This document shows, piece after piece, positions 1 to 7,505 of a stretch of DNA of 24,000 nucleotides. Numbering within the stretch: position 1 is the stretch's first letter; each line of letters begins with the position of its first letter. A program made the translations under genes and the position numbers. This stretch comes from Actinomycetota bacterium (GTDB lineage Bacteria > Actinomycetota > Thermoleophilia > Miltoncostaeales > Miltoncostaeaceae), in the NCBI GenBank assembly GCA_963169235.1, contig CAUJCX010000024.1, positions 76,122-100,121 on the forward strand, in the 5' to 3' direction. Under the pieces are notes generated by a model, which saw only the letters and a program-made list of their open reading frames with translations, did not search any database and was not told where the DNA came from.

Positions 1-81
1 CAGAAGCCCATGAAGGACGGCGTGAAGCTGTTGAACGCCATCCAGGACGTGTACCTCAGCGACAAGATCGACCTGGCGTAG
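1..81 (+). CDS. 3' end of an unidentified protein-coding gene (partial, runs off the window start)
   Basis: Frame 1 reads QKPMKDGVKLLNAIQDVYLSDKIDLA, then TAG at 79-81. Almost every codon ends in G/C, as in the confirmed genes here. Too short to assign a family. Confidence 0.4.
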   Translation, partial: QKPMKDGVKLLNAIQDVYLSDKIDLA

Positions 82-93
82 GCATCCGTCCCG

Positions 94-122
94 CCTGCCC
101 GGTGCCACGCGCGCCGGGCAGG
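94..122 (+). terminator. GC-rich hairpin just after the upstream stop codon (candidate intrinsic terminator without a U-tract)
   Basis: CCTGCCCGG (94-102) and CCGGGCAGG (114-122) are perfect reverse complements (9-bp stem, 11-nt loop). It lies 13 nt after the TAG at 79-81. No T-run follows, which is common in high-GC actinobacteria but lowers confidence. Confidence 0.3.
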
Positions 123-204
123 TGAGCGCGGCACAGCGGCGAACGACGCACAGGAGCACCCGCTCCGCACGGCCGGTCGGCCGTGCCCCCGACCGAGGGG
201 TTCC

Positions 205-1461
205 GTGCCGCACCGCCCGCCACCGCGCCGCCGTCCGCCCGCACGGGGTAGGCGTCGCGGGCGCCTGGGTGCCGCCGTGCTGGTCGCCGCCACCGGCGCC
301 GGCTTCGTGCTGGGGTGGAACGCGGCGGGCGCCGATCCCCGCACGGCCGCACGGGCGGCGGACGCACCGGCCGACGGCGCGGCATCGGGGGACAAGGCGC
401 CGGCCCCCGTCACGTTCGCGTTCGCCGGCGATGTGATGCTGGGTGCCGACGGGTACGGCCTGCCGCCCGACGGCGGCGCCGGCGCGCTGGCCCCCGTGCG
501 GCGCCTGCTGCGGGCCGACGTCAGCGTCGGCAACCTGGAGGGCACGCTGACGCAGCGCGGGGCGTCCAAGTGCCCGGCCCGCGACCCGGCCGCCACGGGC
601 CCGGTGACGTGTTACGCGTTCCGCACGCCGCCGTCGTACGCCGCGCACCTCTCGGCGGCCGGGTTCACGGTGATGAGCCAGGCCAACAACCACGCGAACG
701 ACTACGGCGCGACGGGCCTGGACGACACCCGGGCGGCGCTGACGGCGGCCGGCATCGTCCCCACCGGCGCGCCCGGGACGTGGGCGACGCAGAGCGTGCG
801 GGGCACGCGGGTGGCCGTGCTGGCGTTCGCCCCGTACCCGTGGTCGAACCCGCTGACCGACATCGCCGCCGCGCAGGCGCTGGTGCGGCGGGCCGGCGCG
901 CGGGCCGACATCGTGGTGGTGACCATGCACGCGGGGGCGGAGGGGGCAGCGGCCGCGTCCACGCCTCACGGGGCCGAGACGTACCTGGGCGAGCCGCGCG
1001 GCGACGTGCGGGCGTTCTCGCACGCGATGGTGGACGCCGGCGCCGACCTGGTGGTGGGCCACGGACCGCACGTGCTGCGCGGCATGGAGGTGTACCGCGG
1101 GCGCCTGGTGGCGTACAGCCTGGGCAACTTCGTCGGCTACCGCGCGTTCGGCCTGGGCGGCCCGCTGTCGACCAGCGCGGTGCTGCGGGTGTCGGTGCGC
1201 CCGGACGGGGTGCCGACCGCGGCCCGCCTGGCGCCGGTGACGCTGGTGGGCGCGGGGGTGCCGGTGCCGGGCGGTGACGCGGTCGACGTGGTGCGAGCGC
1301 TCTCGCAGCGCGACTTCGGCCCGTCGGCGGCTCGCATCTCGACGCGCGGCGTCATCCGGTTGCCGCGCGTCGTCGACGGCGTCGAGCGCTGGCGCGACAC
1401 CCACGTGGCCCCGGGTGACGCGCCCTCCCCCGACGCGTCAGGCGGCGACGAGCTCCGGTGA
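205..1461 (+). CDS. CapA/PGA_cap-family metallophosphatase-like protein, probably membrane-anchored or exported
   Basis: GTG at 205 is preceded by GAGGGG (195-200). An Arg-rich N-terminus is followed by the hydrophobic segment LGAAVLVAATGAGFVLGW. CapA-type motifs are present: FAFAGDVML, VGNLE, ANNHANDYG, VVVTMHAG, VVGHGPHVLRG and YSLGNFV. GC3 is high throughout. Confidence 0.8.
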   Translation: MPHRPPPRRRPPARGRRRGRLGAAVLVAATGAGFVLGWNAAGADPRTAARAADAPADGAASGDKAPAPVTFAFAGDVMLGADGYGLPPDGGAGALAPVRRLLRADVSVGNLEGTLTQRGASKCPARDPAATGPVTCYAFRTPPSYAAHLSAAGFTVMSQANNHANDYGATGLDDTRAALTAAGIVPTGAPGTWATQSVRGTRVAVLAFAPYPWSNPLTDIAAAQALVRRAGARADIVVVTMHAGAEGAAAASTPHGAETYLGEPRGDVRAFSHAMVDAGADLVVGHGPHVLRGMEVYRGRLVAYSLGNFVGYRAFGLGGPLSTSAVLRVSVRPDGVPTAARLAPVTLVGAGVPVPGGDAVDVVRALSQRDFGPSAARISTRGVIRLPRVVDGVERWRDTHVAPGDAPSPDASGGDELR

Positions 1462-2052
1462 CCGGGACGCGTACGCGACGATCTCGACCCGGCCCGACAC
1501 GCCCCACTTCATGCCGATGCGCCGGATGTAGTTGCGCACCGTCTGCCGGCCCAGCGACATGTGCGTGGCGATGTCGTCGGTGCCCATGCCCTCCTCGAGG
1601 CACCGCACGATCTCGCGCTCGGAGCTGGTGAGGCCCCGCGAGCGGCACGTGTCGGGCTCGGCGTGCGGGGTGACGACGCGGCCGCCCGCGGCCAGGGTGA
1701 GGACGACGTCCGCGACGTCCTGGCCGTCGGTGAGGTCGTCGCGGTGCACGAAGCCGCGCACGCCCGCCGCGCGCCCCTGCTCCACCGTCCACGCGCTGCG
1801 GCTGGCGACGATGAGCGCGGTCGCCACGGTGCACCCGCGCGCCGACGCGACCCGCGCCAGCTGCAGCCCCGACTGATCGCCCACCGCCTCGTCCACCAGC
1901 GCCACGTCCACCCTGCACTCGCCCAGCACGTGCAGTGCCTGTGCGACGTCGGTGCACGCCGCCACCAGGTTCACGCCCCGCTTGCCCGCCAGCTCGTGGG
2001 TGATGGCCGAACGCCAGTGCCACGAGGCCGAGACCACCATGACGTTGATCAA
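1438..2052 (-). CDS. Atypical NarL/LuxR-family response regulator (receiver-like domain plus GerE/LuxR HTH)
   Basis: The C-terminus LTSSEREIVRCLEEGMGTDDIATHMSLGRQTVRNYIRRIGMKWGV is a LuxR/GerE HTH. The N-terminus has a receiver-like layout (INVMVVSAS ... VDVALVDEAVGD ... LIVASRS). The usual DD acidic pair is replaced by SAS, and the conserved Lys position reads FVHRD. Start chosen as TTG at 2052, 5 nt after AGGGGAG (2064-2058); the first ATG at 2040 has no SD. Only this 3' portion of the 656-aa track ORF is believable. Confidence 0.75.
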   Translation of the reverse strand: MINVMVVSASWHWRSAITHELAGKRGVNLVAACTDVAQALHVLGECRVDVALVDEAVGDQSGLQLARVASARGCTVATALIVASRSAWTVEQGRAAGVRGFVHRDDLTDGQDVADVVLTLAAGGRVVTPHAEPDTCRSRGLTSSEREIVRCLEEGMGTDDIATHMSLGRQTVRNYIRRIGMKWGVSGRVEIVAYASRSPELVAA

Positions 2053-2217
2053 CTTCGCTCCCCTTCTCACAGGATGTCGCCTGCTCGCAACATCCCGCGG
2101 GCGCTTCGGCGGCGGCACCCCACCCGGGTGGCGACCGATCACCACCTGCCGCACCCGGGGCGCGTCGCCGGGCGTGCTCTCCGCTAGGTTTCGCCACCCC
2201 TGAACGCCCGAGGTCCG

Positions 2218-3546
2218 ATGGACGCCCCCGACCACCCGCCCGCGACACCGCCCCCCGCCCGCACCGTGCTGCTCCTGGGCGACGGGGACATCGCCCGCGC
2301 GGTCGCGTCCGCCCTCGAGCGCCACGGGGCCTCGGTCAGCTGGGTGCGGCGGCCCAGCGACACCGAGCTGGGGCGTCACATCCGGCGCCCCGCCGACACG
2401 GTGCTGATCGTCACCCGCGACGACATCGAGGCGTTCCGCCTGGCGCTGATGGTGGAGCACGGGCGGCCGGGCTGCGACCTGATCGTGACGATCTTCGATC
2501 GCACCATCGCCCAGCAGCTGCACGATGCGGCGCCGACGTGCCGGGTGGTGTCGATGGCCGACCTGGTGTCCGGGACCCTGGCCGGGCCGTGCCTGGACGA
2601 CGACGTGCTGTCGGTCATCGAGGGTGCCCGCGAGCCGCTGGCGATGCGCGCGGACGGGGACGGCTTCCGGCTGACCCCCCTGCGGCCGCGGGCGGAGGCG
2701 TTCCGCGGGCGCCTGCGCGTGCGCTGGCCCATCGACTCCAGCGCGCGCTTCCTTCTGGCCGGGATCCTCGGGTTCCTCTCCATCCTCGCGGTGGACGTGG
2801 TGATCGGCATCGCCGTGCTGCACGAGCGCCCTGTGCCGGCGTTCTACGCGGCGGTGAAGGCGCTGTTGACGGTGGGTCCCAACCCCCACGTCGATCACGG
2901 GCCCACATGGGTGCAGGTGGCGGAGCCGCTCTTGATGCTGGCGACGTTCGCGTTCGCCGCGGTGCTCACGGCGGGCATCGTGACGCGCTTCAGCGAGCGG
3001 CGTCTGACCACCGTCGCGGGCCCGCGGTCGGTGCCGCGCCGCGGCCACGTCGTGGTGGTGGGCTTCGGTCAGATGGGGCTGCGCATGGCCACGCGGCTGC
3101 GTGCCTGGGGCATCCCCGTCGTCGCCGTCGAGCGCAACGCGCACTCGCCGTACATCGAGCGGGCGCGCCTGGCGGGCATCCCCGTGCTGGTGGCCGACGG
3201 CGTCGACCGCTCGCTGCTGCAGCAGCTGTCCCTGTCGCGTGCGCGGGCGCTGGCCGCCGTGACGTCGGACGACCTGTCGAACGTGGCCATCGCGGTGGCG
3301 GGGCTGGCGGTGGCGCCCGACCTGAAGGTGGTGCTGAGGGCCGGCGACGGGGACGTGACGGCCGAGACGCGGTCGCTGTTCCACGTGGGCGTCGTGCGCG
3401 ACATCCACCGCATCGTCGGCGACGTGCTGGCCGCCACCGCCATGGGACAGCGGTTCACCGCCGCCGCGGACGTCGGCGGCGTCACGTGGCTGGTGGACGA
3501 CGTGGACGGCGCGCCCGTGTTCCGGGCGTTCCAGCCTCCCGGTTAG
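2218..3546 (+). CDS. 2TM ion-channel-like protein with N- and C-terminal TrkA-N/RCK (Rossmann) domains and a degenerate pore signature
   Basis: ATG at 2218 follows GAGG (2209-2212). The N-terminal Rossmann motif is VLLLGDGDIARAV. Two hydrophobic helices (FLLAGILGFLSILAVDVVIGIAVL and VAEPLLMLATFAFAAVLTAGIV) flank a pore-like LLTVGPNP. The second Rossmann/RCK motif is HVVVVGFGQMGLRMATRL...VVAVERN. Confidence 0.7.
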   Translation: MDAPDHPPATPPPARTVLLLGDGDIARAVASALERHGASVSWVRRPSDTELGRHIRRPADTVLIVTRDDIEAFRLALMVEHGRPGCDLIVTIFDRTIAQQLHDAAPTCRVVSMADLVSGTLAGPCLDDDVLSVIEGAREPLAMRADGDGFRLTPLRPRAEAFRGRLRVRWPIDSSARFLLAGILGFLSILAVDVVIGIAVLHERPVPAFYAAVKALLTVGPNPHVDHGPTWVQVAEPLLMLATFAFAAVLTAGIVTRFSERRLTTVAGPRSVPRRGHVVVVGFGQMGLRMATRLRAWGIPVVAVERNAHSPYIERARLAGIPVLVADGVDRSLLQQLSLSRARALAAVTSDDLSNVAIAVAGLAVAPDLKVVLRAGDGDVTAETRSLFHVGVVRDIHRIVGDVLAATAMGQRFTAAADVGGVTWLVDDVDGAPVFRAFQPPG

Positions 3547-3550
3547 GGCC

Positions 3551-4345
3551 TCAGGCCGGGGGCGCCCACCCGTCGACCAGCGCGTGCCACTCGTCGACGC
3601 CCTCGCCCGTCCGGGCGCTGGTGCGCACGATGCGGGCGTCCGGGTTCACCGCCCTCACGTTGCGCTCGAGCTCGTCGATGTCGAGGTCGAGGTGCGCCAG
3701 CAGGTCCACCTTGTTGACGATGACCACGTCGACCGAGCGGAACATCACGGGGTACTTCAGCGGCTTGTCCTCGCCCTCGGTGACCGAGCACACCATCACG
3801 CGGTGGTGCGCGCCCGTGTCGAACTCGGCCGGGCACACGAGGTTGCCGACGTTCTCGATGAACACCACATCGAGCGCGTCCAGGTCGAGTCCGGTGAGCG
3901 CGCGGGCGACCATCGGGGCGTCCAGGTGGCACTCGCCGCCGAACCCGTTGGCCGTGTTGAGCAGCGCCACCTGCGCCCCCAGCCCCGCCAGGCGGTCGGC
4001 GTCGAGGCTGGTCTCGATGTCGCCCTCCACGACCCCCGCCCGGCGCCCGGCGTCGCGCAGGTGCGCCAGCGTGCGCTGAAGCAGCGCGGTCTTGCCCGCA
4101 CCGGGAGCCGACATCATGTTGATGCACACCACGCCCGCGGCGGTCAGCGCCTCGCGGTTGTGCGCCGCCGCGTGGTCGTTCTCGCTGAAGATGCGCTCGA
4201 GCACCTCGATGCGCTCGGTGCCCGTGCCGTAGCCCGAGTGGTCACCCACATCGTGCGCGTGGTCGTGCGGGTGGTCGTGGTCGTGGTCGTGGTCGTGCGC
4301 GTGCCCGTGGTGATGGTCGCCGTCGTGGCGGTGAAACCTACCCAT
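3551..4345 (-). CDS. hypB: HypB, hydrogenase nickel-incorporation GTPase with a His/Asp-rich N-terminus
   Basis: ATG at 4345 is preceded by GGAGGGGGAGGGA. The N-terminus reads HRHDGDHHHGHAHDHDHDHDHPHDHAHD. Also present: P-loop SAPGAGKT, metal-site GGECH, ENVGNLVCPAEFD and NKVDL. The upstream part of the 309-aa track ORF overlaps hypA and was discarded. Confidence 0.95.
   Translation of the reverse strand: MGRFHRHDGDHHHGHAHDHDHDHDHPHDHAHDVGDHSGYGTGTERIEVLERIFSENDHAAAHNREALTAAGVVCINMMSAPGAGKTALLQRTLAHLRDAGRRAGVVEGDIETSLDADRLAGLGAQVALLNTANGFGGECHLDAPMVARALTGLDLDALDVVFIENVGNLVCPAEFDTGAHHRVMVCSVTEGEDKPLKYPVMFRSVDVVIVNKVDLLAHLDLDIDELERNVRAVNPDARIVRTSARTGEGVDEWHALVDGWAPPA
4271..4297. repeat. Perfect hexanucleotide tandem repeat (GTGGTC x4 plus a partial copy) encoding the (His-Asp)n tract of HypB
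   Basis: The plus strand reads gtggtc gtggtc gtggtc gtggtc gtg at 4271-4297. On the minus strand this is (GAC CAC)n, i.e. DHDHDHDH inside the HypB metal-binding tail. Confidence 0.85.
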
Positions 4346-4691
4346 GCGATCCCTCCCCCTCCACATCCATCGAAGTGACCATGAACTCCTCGCCGCGAAC
4401 GACGTCGCAGCGGGCGCCGCCGCACCCCTCGCACACCAGCACGAGAGCCTGCGCCACGTCGGTGTGCGCGCCGCAGTCACGGCAGAGTAGCCGCACGGGG
4501 ATGTGGTCGATGCGCAACCGGGCCCCCTCCAGCGGCGTCCCCTGGCACACCAGCCCCCAGCAGTACTCGAGCGTCTGCGGCACCACCTGCCGCAGGTGAC
4601 CCACCTCGACGTCCACCACGGTCACGCGCCGCCCGTCGCGCGCGCGCTCCACGATGTCGGCGATGCCACGGCACAGAGACAGCTCGTGCAC
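4338..4691 (-). CDS. hypA: HypA, hydrogenase nickel insertion metallochaperone
   Basis: GTG at 4691 is preceded by GGAGG and gives the N-terminus (M)HELSLCRGI, the MHE nickel motif. Two CxxC pairs (CRDCG and CEGCGG) form the zinc site. Length is 117 aa. The stop at 4340-4338 overlaps the hypB ATG at 4345 (8-nt overlap). Confidence 0.9.
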   Translation of the reverse strand: MHELSLCRGIADIVERARDGRRVTVVDVEVGHLRQVVPQTLEYCWGLVCQGTPLEGARLRIDHIPVRLLCRDCGAHTDVAQALVLVCEGCGGARCDVVRGEEFMVTSMDVEGEGSHG

Positions 4692-4693
4692 GG

Positions 4694-5740
4694 CTACCTC
4701 CGCAGCGTCTCGGACGGGGTTTCGCCGAACCGGCGCCGGTAGCGCACGGCGAACGTGCCGGCGTTGCCGAAGCCCCATCGGTCGGCGACGGCCCCCACGG
4801 TCAGCCCGTCGGACGGCAGCGCCTCCAACAGCACGTGGCGCACCTGGTCCAGGCGCCGGTCGCGGATGTAGGCCACCGGCGTCGTGGCGAGATCATCGCG
4901 GAACCCCGCCTGGATCGAGCGCACGCTGACCCCGGCGTGACGCGCGAGGTCGGCCAGCGTGATGCGCTCGGCCAGGTGGTCGTCGATGTACTCCATGGCC
5001 CGGCGCACGGCGACGCGGCCCGCCGGCCGACCCGTGCCACGCAGCCGCTCGCGGTAGTTGGACGGCTGGATGTACAGCAGCGTCGAGATCACCAGTTCCT
5101 CGATGGGCATCGAGCCGACCCCCTGCTGCACGAGAGAGCCCTGCGACATGATCTCGCTGGACAGAAGCTGGATCGCCGTGTGCCATCGCTGGGCCTCGTC
5201 GGTGGCCAGGTCGCCCACCGGGTCGAACGCCACGGGCTCCGTCACGCTGCGGCCCAGCATGCGGGTGAGCTGGCGCTCCAGCGCGTCCCGCTCGATGCGC
5301 ATGATCAGCTGCGGGCAGTCGCGGCCCAGGTCGAGGACGTAGGCGGACCCGGGCCCGGCGACCAGCGCGCGGAACGCGTTCACCTCGGTGAACTCGCCGG
5401 CGCCCACGCGGGCCCGCACCGGGTCGTGCGTCGCCATGTGCACGGTGAACGCCTCCGCGGCGCACCGCACCGACAGGGTGCACGCGGCCCGCAGGTCGGC
5501 GTAGATGAGGGCGGTCTGCGGCAACCTCACCGCGTTCATGGTGGCCTGGAAGCCCTCGCCGCGGCCGTCGGCTCCGAAGCGGATGCGCACGTCCCCCAGC
5601 AGCGGTGAGAGGGCCGCCTCCGCCTCCACCACGTTGTCGGTGCACAGCACCTCGTGGTCGGCCAGGGCGTTCGGCACGCCACGCGCGGGCAGGCGCTTAC
5701 CCACCGGCATGCGGGTGCGCTCGACGTTGATCAGGCGCAA
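4694..5740 (-). CDS. AraC-family transcriptional regulator (N-terminal effector-binding-like domain plus C-terminal double HTH)
   Basis: The C-terminus YIDDHLAERITLADLARHAGVSVRSIQAGFRDDL...VADRWGFGNAGTFAVRYRRRFGETPSE is a classic AraC HTH pair. The stop TAG (4696-4694) lies 2 nt before the hypA GTG, and the hypA SD sits inside the last araC codons. The start is uncertain: TTG at 5740 (track) or ATG at 5710, and neither has a clear SD. Confidence 0.85.
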   Translation of the reverse strand: MRLINVERTRMPVGKRLPARGVPNALADHEVLCTDNVVEAEAALSPLLGDVRIRFGADGRGEGFQATMNAVRLPQTALIYADLRAACTLSVRCAAEAFTVHMATHDPVRARVGAGEFTEVNAFRALVAGPGSAYVLDLGRDCPQLIMRIERDALERQLTRMLGRSVTEPVAFDPVGDLATDEAQRWHTAIQLLSSEIMSQGSLVQQGVGSMPIEELVISTLLYIQPSNYRERLRGTGRPAGRVAVRRAMEYIDDHLAERITLADLARHAGVSVRSIQAGFRDDLATTPVAYIRDRRLDQVRHVLLEALPSDGLTVGAVADRWGFGNAGTFAVRYRRRFGETPSETLRR

Positions 5741-5790
5741 CCGGGAGATTTGCGGGTTATCACGGATGGCTCTGTGGGTCCTCCGTAAGG

Positions 5791-5823
5791 TCTGCGCGTC
5801 GCGATCAATCTTTCTGCGCGATC
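5791..5823. promoter_or_regulatory. Direct repeat TCTGCGCG...ATC (two copies 22 bp apart) in the araC/hydrogenase divergent intergenic region; candidate operator
   Basis: TCTGCGCG occurs at 5791-5798 and 5813-5820, two helical turns apart. Each copy is followed by (G)CGATC, and G[C/T]GATC recurs at 5801, 5818, 5838 and 5878. The 5741-5911 spacer is visibly less GC-rich than the flanking genes. The function is inferred, not shown. Confidence 0.3.
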
Positions 5824-5911
5824 TGAGCAGTGCGTGCGTGATCGATGTTGCCGGATGCGGATGTCTGGGTCAACGTGGCGATCAGCACAAAGACCCGAGG
5901 GAGGGCAGGAC

Positions 5912-6478
5912 GTGGCGCCGACCGAGGTCGCATATTCCTCCGCAAGCGTGGACGAACTCAGGGAACGACTCGACGACCCGAAGGTCGCGCGCGCCCTGGG
6001 CTCCATCCTCGACAACGCCGACGTGCTCGCGCTCATGGTCAGCATGGCCGAGGGCTTCATGCGTCGTGGCGACGAGGTCATCGGCGCCACGGGCGACCTC
6101 GTCCACGAGCTGAAGACCACCGTCGAGGCCGCGTCCCACGGCATCGACACGGGCGCCGTGATGCAGGGCATGGGCGAGTTCATCAGCGCGATGCCCGAGA
6201 CGGCCCCCGCCGTGTCGCGGGTGGTGCGCTCGGGCGCCCTCGAGGAGCTCACGTCGCCCGCGCTCATCTCGCTGCTGCAGATCGTGTCGCGCAGCCTCAA
6301 CCAGGCGTCGTCCGACTTCGAGACCAACCCCGTTCAGGTGAAGGGCCCCGTGTCGATGATGCGGGCGCTCAGCGACGACGACGTCAGCCGCGGACTGGGC
6401 TTCACGCTCACCATCCTGCGCGCCCTGGGCCGCGGACTGAAGGACCACCACCCCGCCAACGCGCACACCGAGAGGTAG
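5912..6478 (+). CDS. DUF1641-like protein encoded immediately upstream of the hydrogenase small subunit (possible HucM-type scaffold subunit)
   Basis: GTG at 5912 follows GAGGGAGGG (5898-5906). Codons between the track ATG (5834) and 5912 are rich in A/T third positions, so the longer form is unlikely. The C-terminal GPVSMMRALSDDDVSRGLGFTLTILRALGRGL matches my recollection of the DUF1641 signature. The protein is 188 aa, and its stop lies 12 nt before the small-subunit ATG. Confidence 0.65.
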   Translation: MAPTEVAYSSASVDELRERLDDPKVARALGSILDNADVLALMVSMAEGFMRRGDEVIGATGDLVHELKTTVEAASHGIDTGAVMQGMGEFISAMPETAPAVSRVVRSGALEELTSPALISLLQIVSRSLNQASSDFETNPVQVKGPVSMMRALSDDDVSRGLGFTLTILRALGRGLKDHHPANAHTER

Positions 6479-6490
6479 GAGAACCGACCG

Positions 6491-7462
6491 ATGTCATCCG
6501 TTCTGTGGTTCCAGGCCGGCGCCTGCTCGGGCAACACGATGTCGTTCCTCAACGCCGAGGAACCCAACGTGGTCGACCTGATCGTCGACTTCGGCCTCGA
6601 CCTCATCTGGCACCCGTCGCTGGGCATGGAGCTGGGCGCCAACGCGCAGAAGCTCTTCCACGACTGCGCGTCGGGTGCCCGCCCCATGGACATCTTCGTG
6701 CTCGAGGGCACGGTCATCCAGGCGCCCAACAAGAGCGGCCGCATGGACATGTTCGCCGACCGGCCCATGATCGAGTGGGTGAAGGAGCTCGCGGAGGCGG
6801 CGTCCATCGTGGTGGCCATCGGCGACTGCGCGTGCTGGGGTGGCATCCCCGCGACGGCGCCGAACCCGTCCGACTCCACCGGCCTGCAGTTCCACAAGCG
6901 CGAGCGGGGCGGGTTCCTGGGTCCCGACTGGCGCTCCAAGTCGGGCCTGCCGGTCATCAACATCCCGGGCTGCCCGGCGCACCCCGACTGGATCACGCAG
7001 ATCCTCGTCGCGCTGGCGACGGGCCGCGCGGGCGACATCGCCCTGGACGACCTGCACCGTCCGCAGACGTTCTTCAAGACGTTCACGCAGACCGGCTGCA
7101 CCCGCGTGCAGTTCTTCGAGTACAAGCAGTCCACCACGTCGTTCGGCGAGGGCACCCGCACCGGTTGCCTGTTCTACGAGTTCGGCTGCCGCGGACCGCT
7201 GACGCACTCGCCGTGCAACCGCATCCTGTGGAACCGGCAGTCCAGCAAGACGCGCGCCGGCATGCCGTGCACCGGCTGCACCGAGCCCGAGTTCCCCCAT
7301 TTCGACCTGGCTCCGGGAACGGTGTTCAAGACACAGAAGGTGGCCGGCACGATCCCCGCCGAGGTGCCCGAGGGCACCGACCACCTCAGCTACATGGCGC
7401 ACGCCGCGGCGGCACGCATCGCGGCACCGCAGTGGTCGAAGGAAGACATGTTCGTCGTCTAG
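6491..7462 (+). CDS. hucS: [NiFe]-hydrogenase small subunit, Tat-signal-less, group 2a (Huc / cyanobacterial HupS) type
   Basis: The protein starts directly with MSSVLWFQAGACSGNTMSFLNAEEP, with no RRxFxK leader. Fe-S ligand motifs are AIGDCACWGG, NIPGCPAHPDW, GCTRV, GCLFYEFGCRGPLTHSPCN and MPCTGCTEPEFP. SD GGAG lies upstream of the ATG at 6491. Confidence 0.93.
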   Translation: MSSVLWFQAGACSGNTMSFLNAEEPNVVDLIVDFGLDLIWHPSLGMELGANAQKLFHDCASGARPMDIFVLEGTVIQAPNKSGRMDMFADRPMIEWVKELAEAASIVVAIGDCACWGGIPATAPNPSDSTGLQFHKRERGGFLGPDWRSKSGLPVINIPGCPAHPDWITQILVALATGRAGDIALDDLHRPQTFFKTFTQTGCTRVQFFEYKQSTTSFGEGTRTGCLFYEFGCRGPLTHSPCNRILWNRQSSKTRAGMPCTGCTEPEFPHFDLAPGTVFKTQKVAGTIPAEVPEGTDHLSYMAHAAAARIAAPQWSKEDMFVV

Positions 7463-7505
7463 GCGACGTCACCGGACCGGAACGCGAGAAAGGGACCCCA
7501 CCGAC

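Noticed and set aside
1438-1461. 24-nt convergent overlap between the 3' ends of the CapA gene and the response-regulator gene
   Set aside because: The overlap is real in the sequence, but it is a common consequence of compact high-GC genomes. There is no evidence for antisense regulation.
2072-2095. Inverted repeat GGATGT-N12-ACATCC in the response-regulator/channel divergent spacer
   Set aside because: Only 6 bp per arm. GGATG also occurs several times elsewhere (for example 5764, 5852 and 5858), so it is not distinctive enough to call an operator.
2053-3408. Upstream 450 codons of the 656-aa minus-strand track ORF (1438-3408)
   Set aside because: Only the last roughly 200 codons form a recognisable response regulator with an SD-supported start. 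The rest is antisense to the RCK channel gene and is His/Arg/Gly-rich junk.
6491-6620. Looked for a twin-arginine (Tat) signal peptide on the small subunit
   Set aside because: None is present. The protein begins at the conserved VLWFQAGACSGN core, and the 12 nt upstream to the previous stop leave no room for a leader. Recorded as a property of the enzyme, not as a feature.
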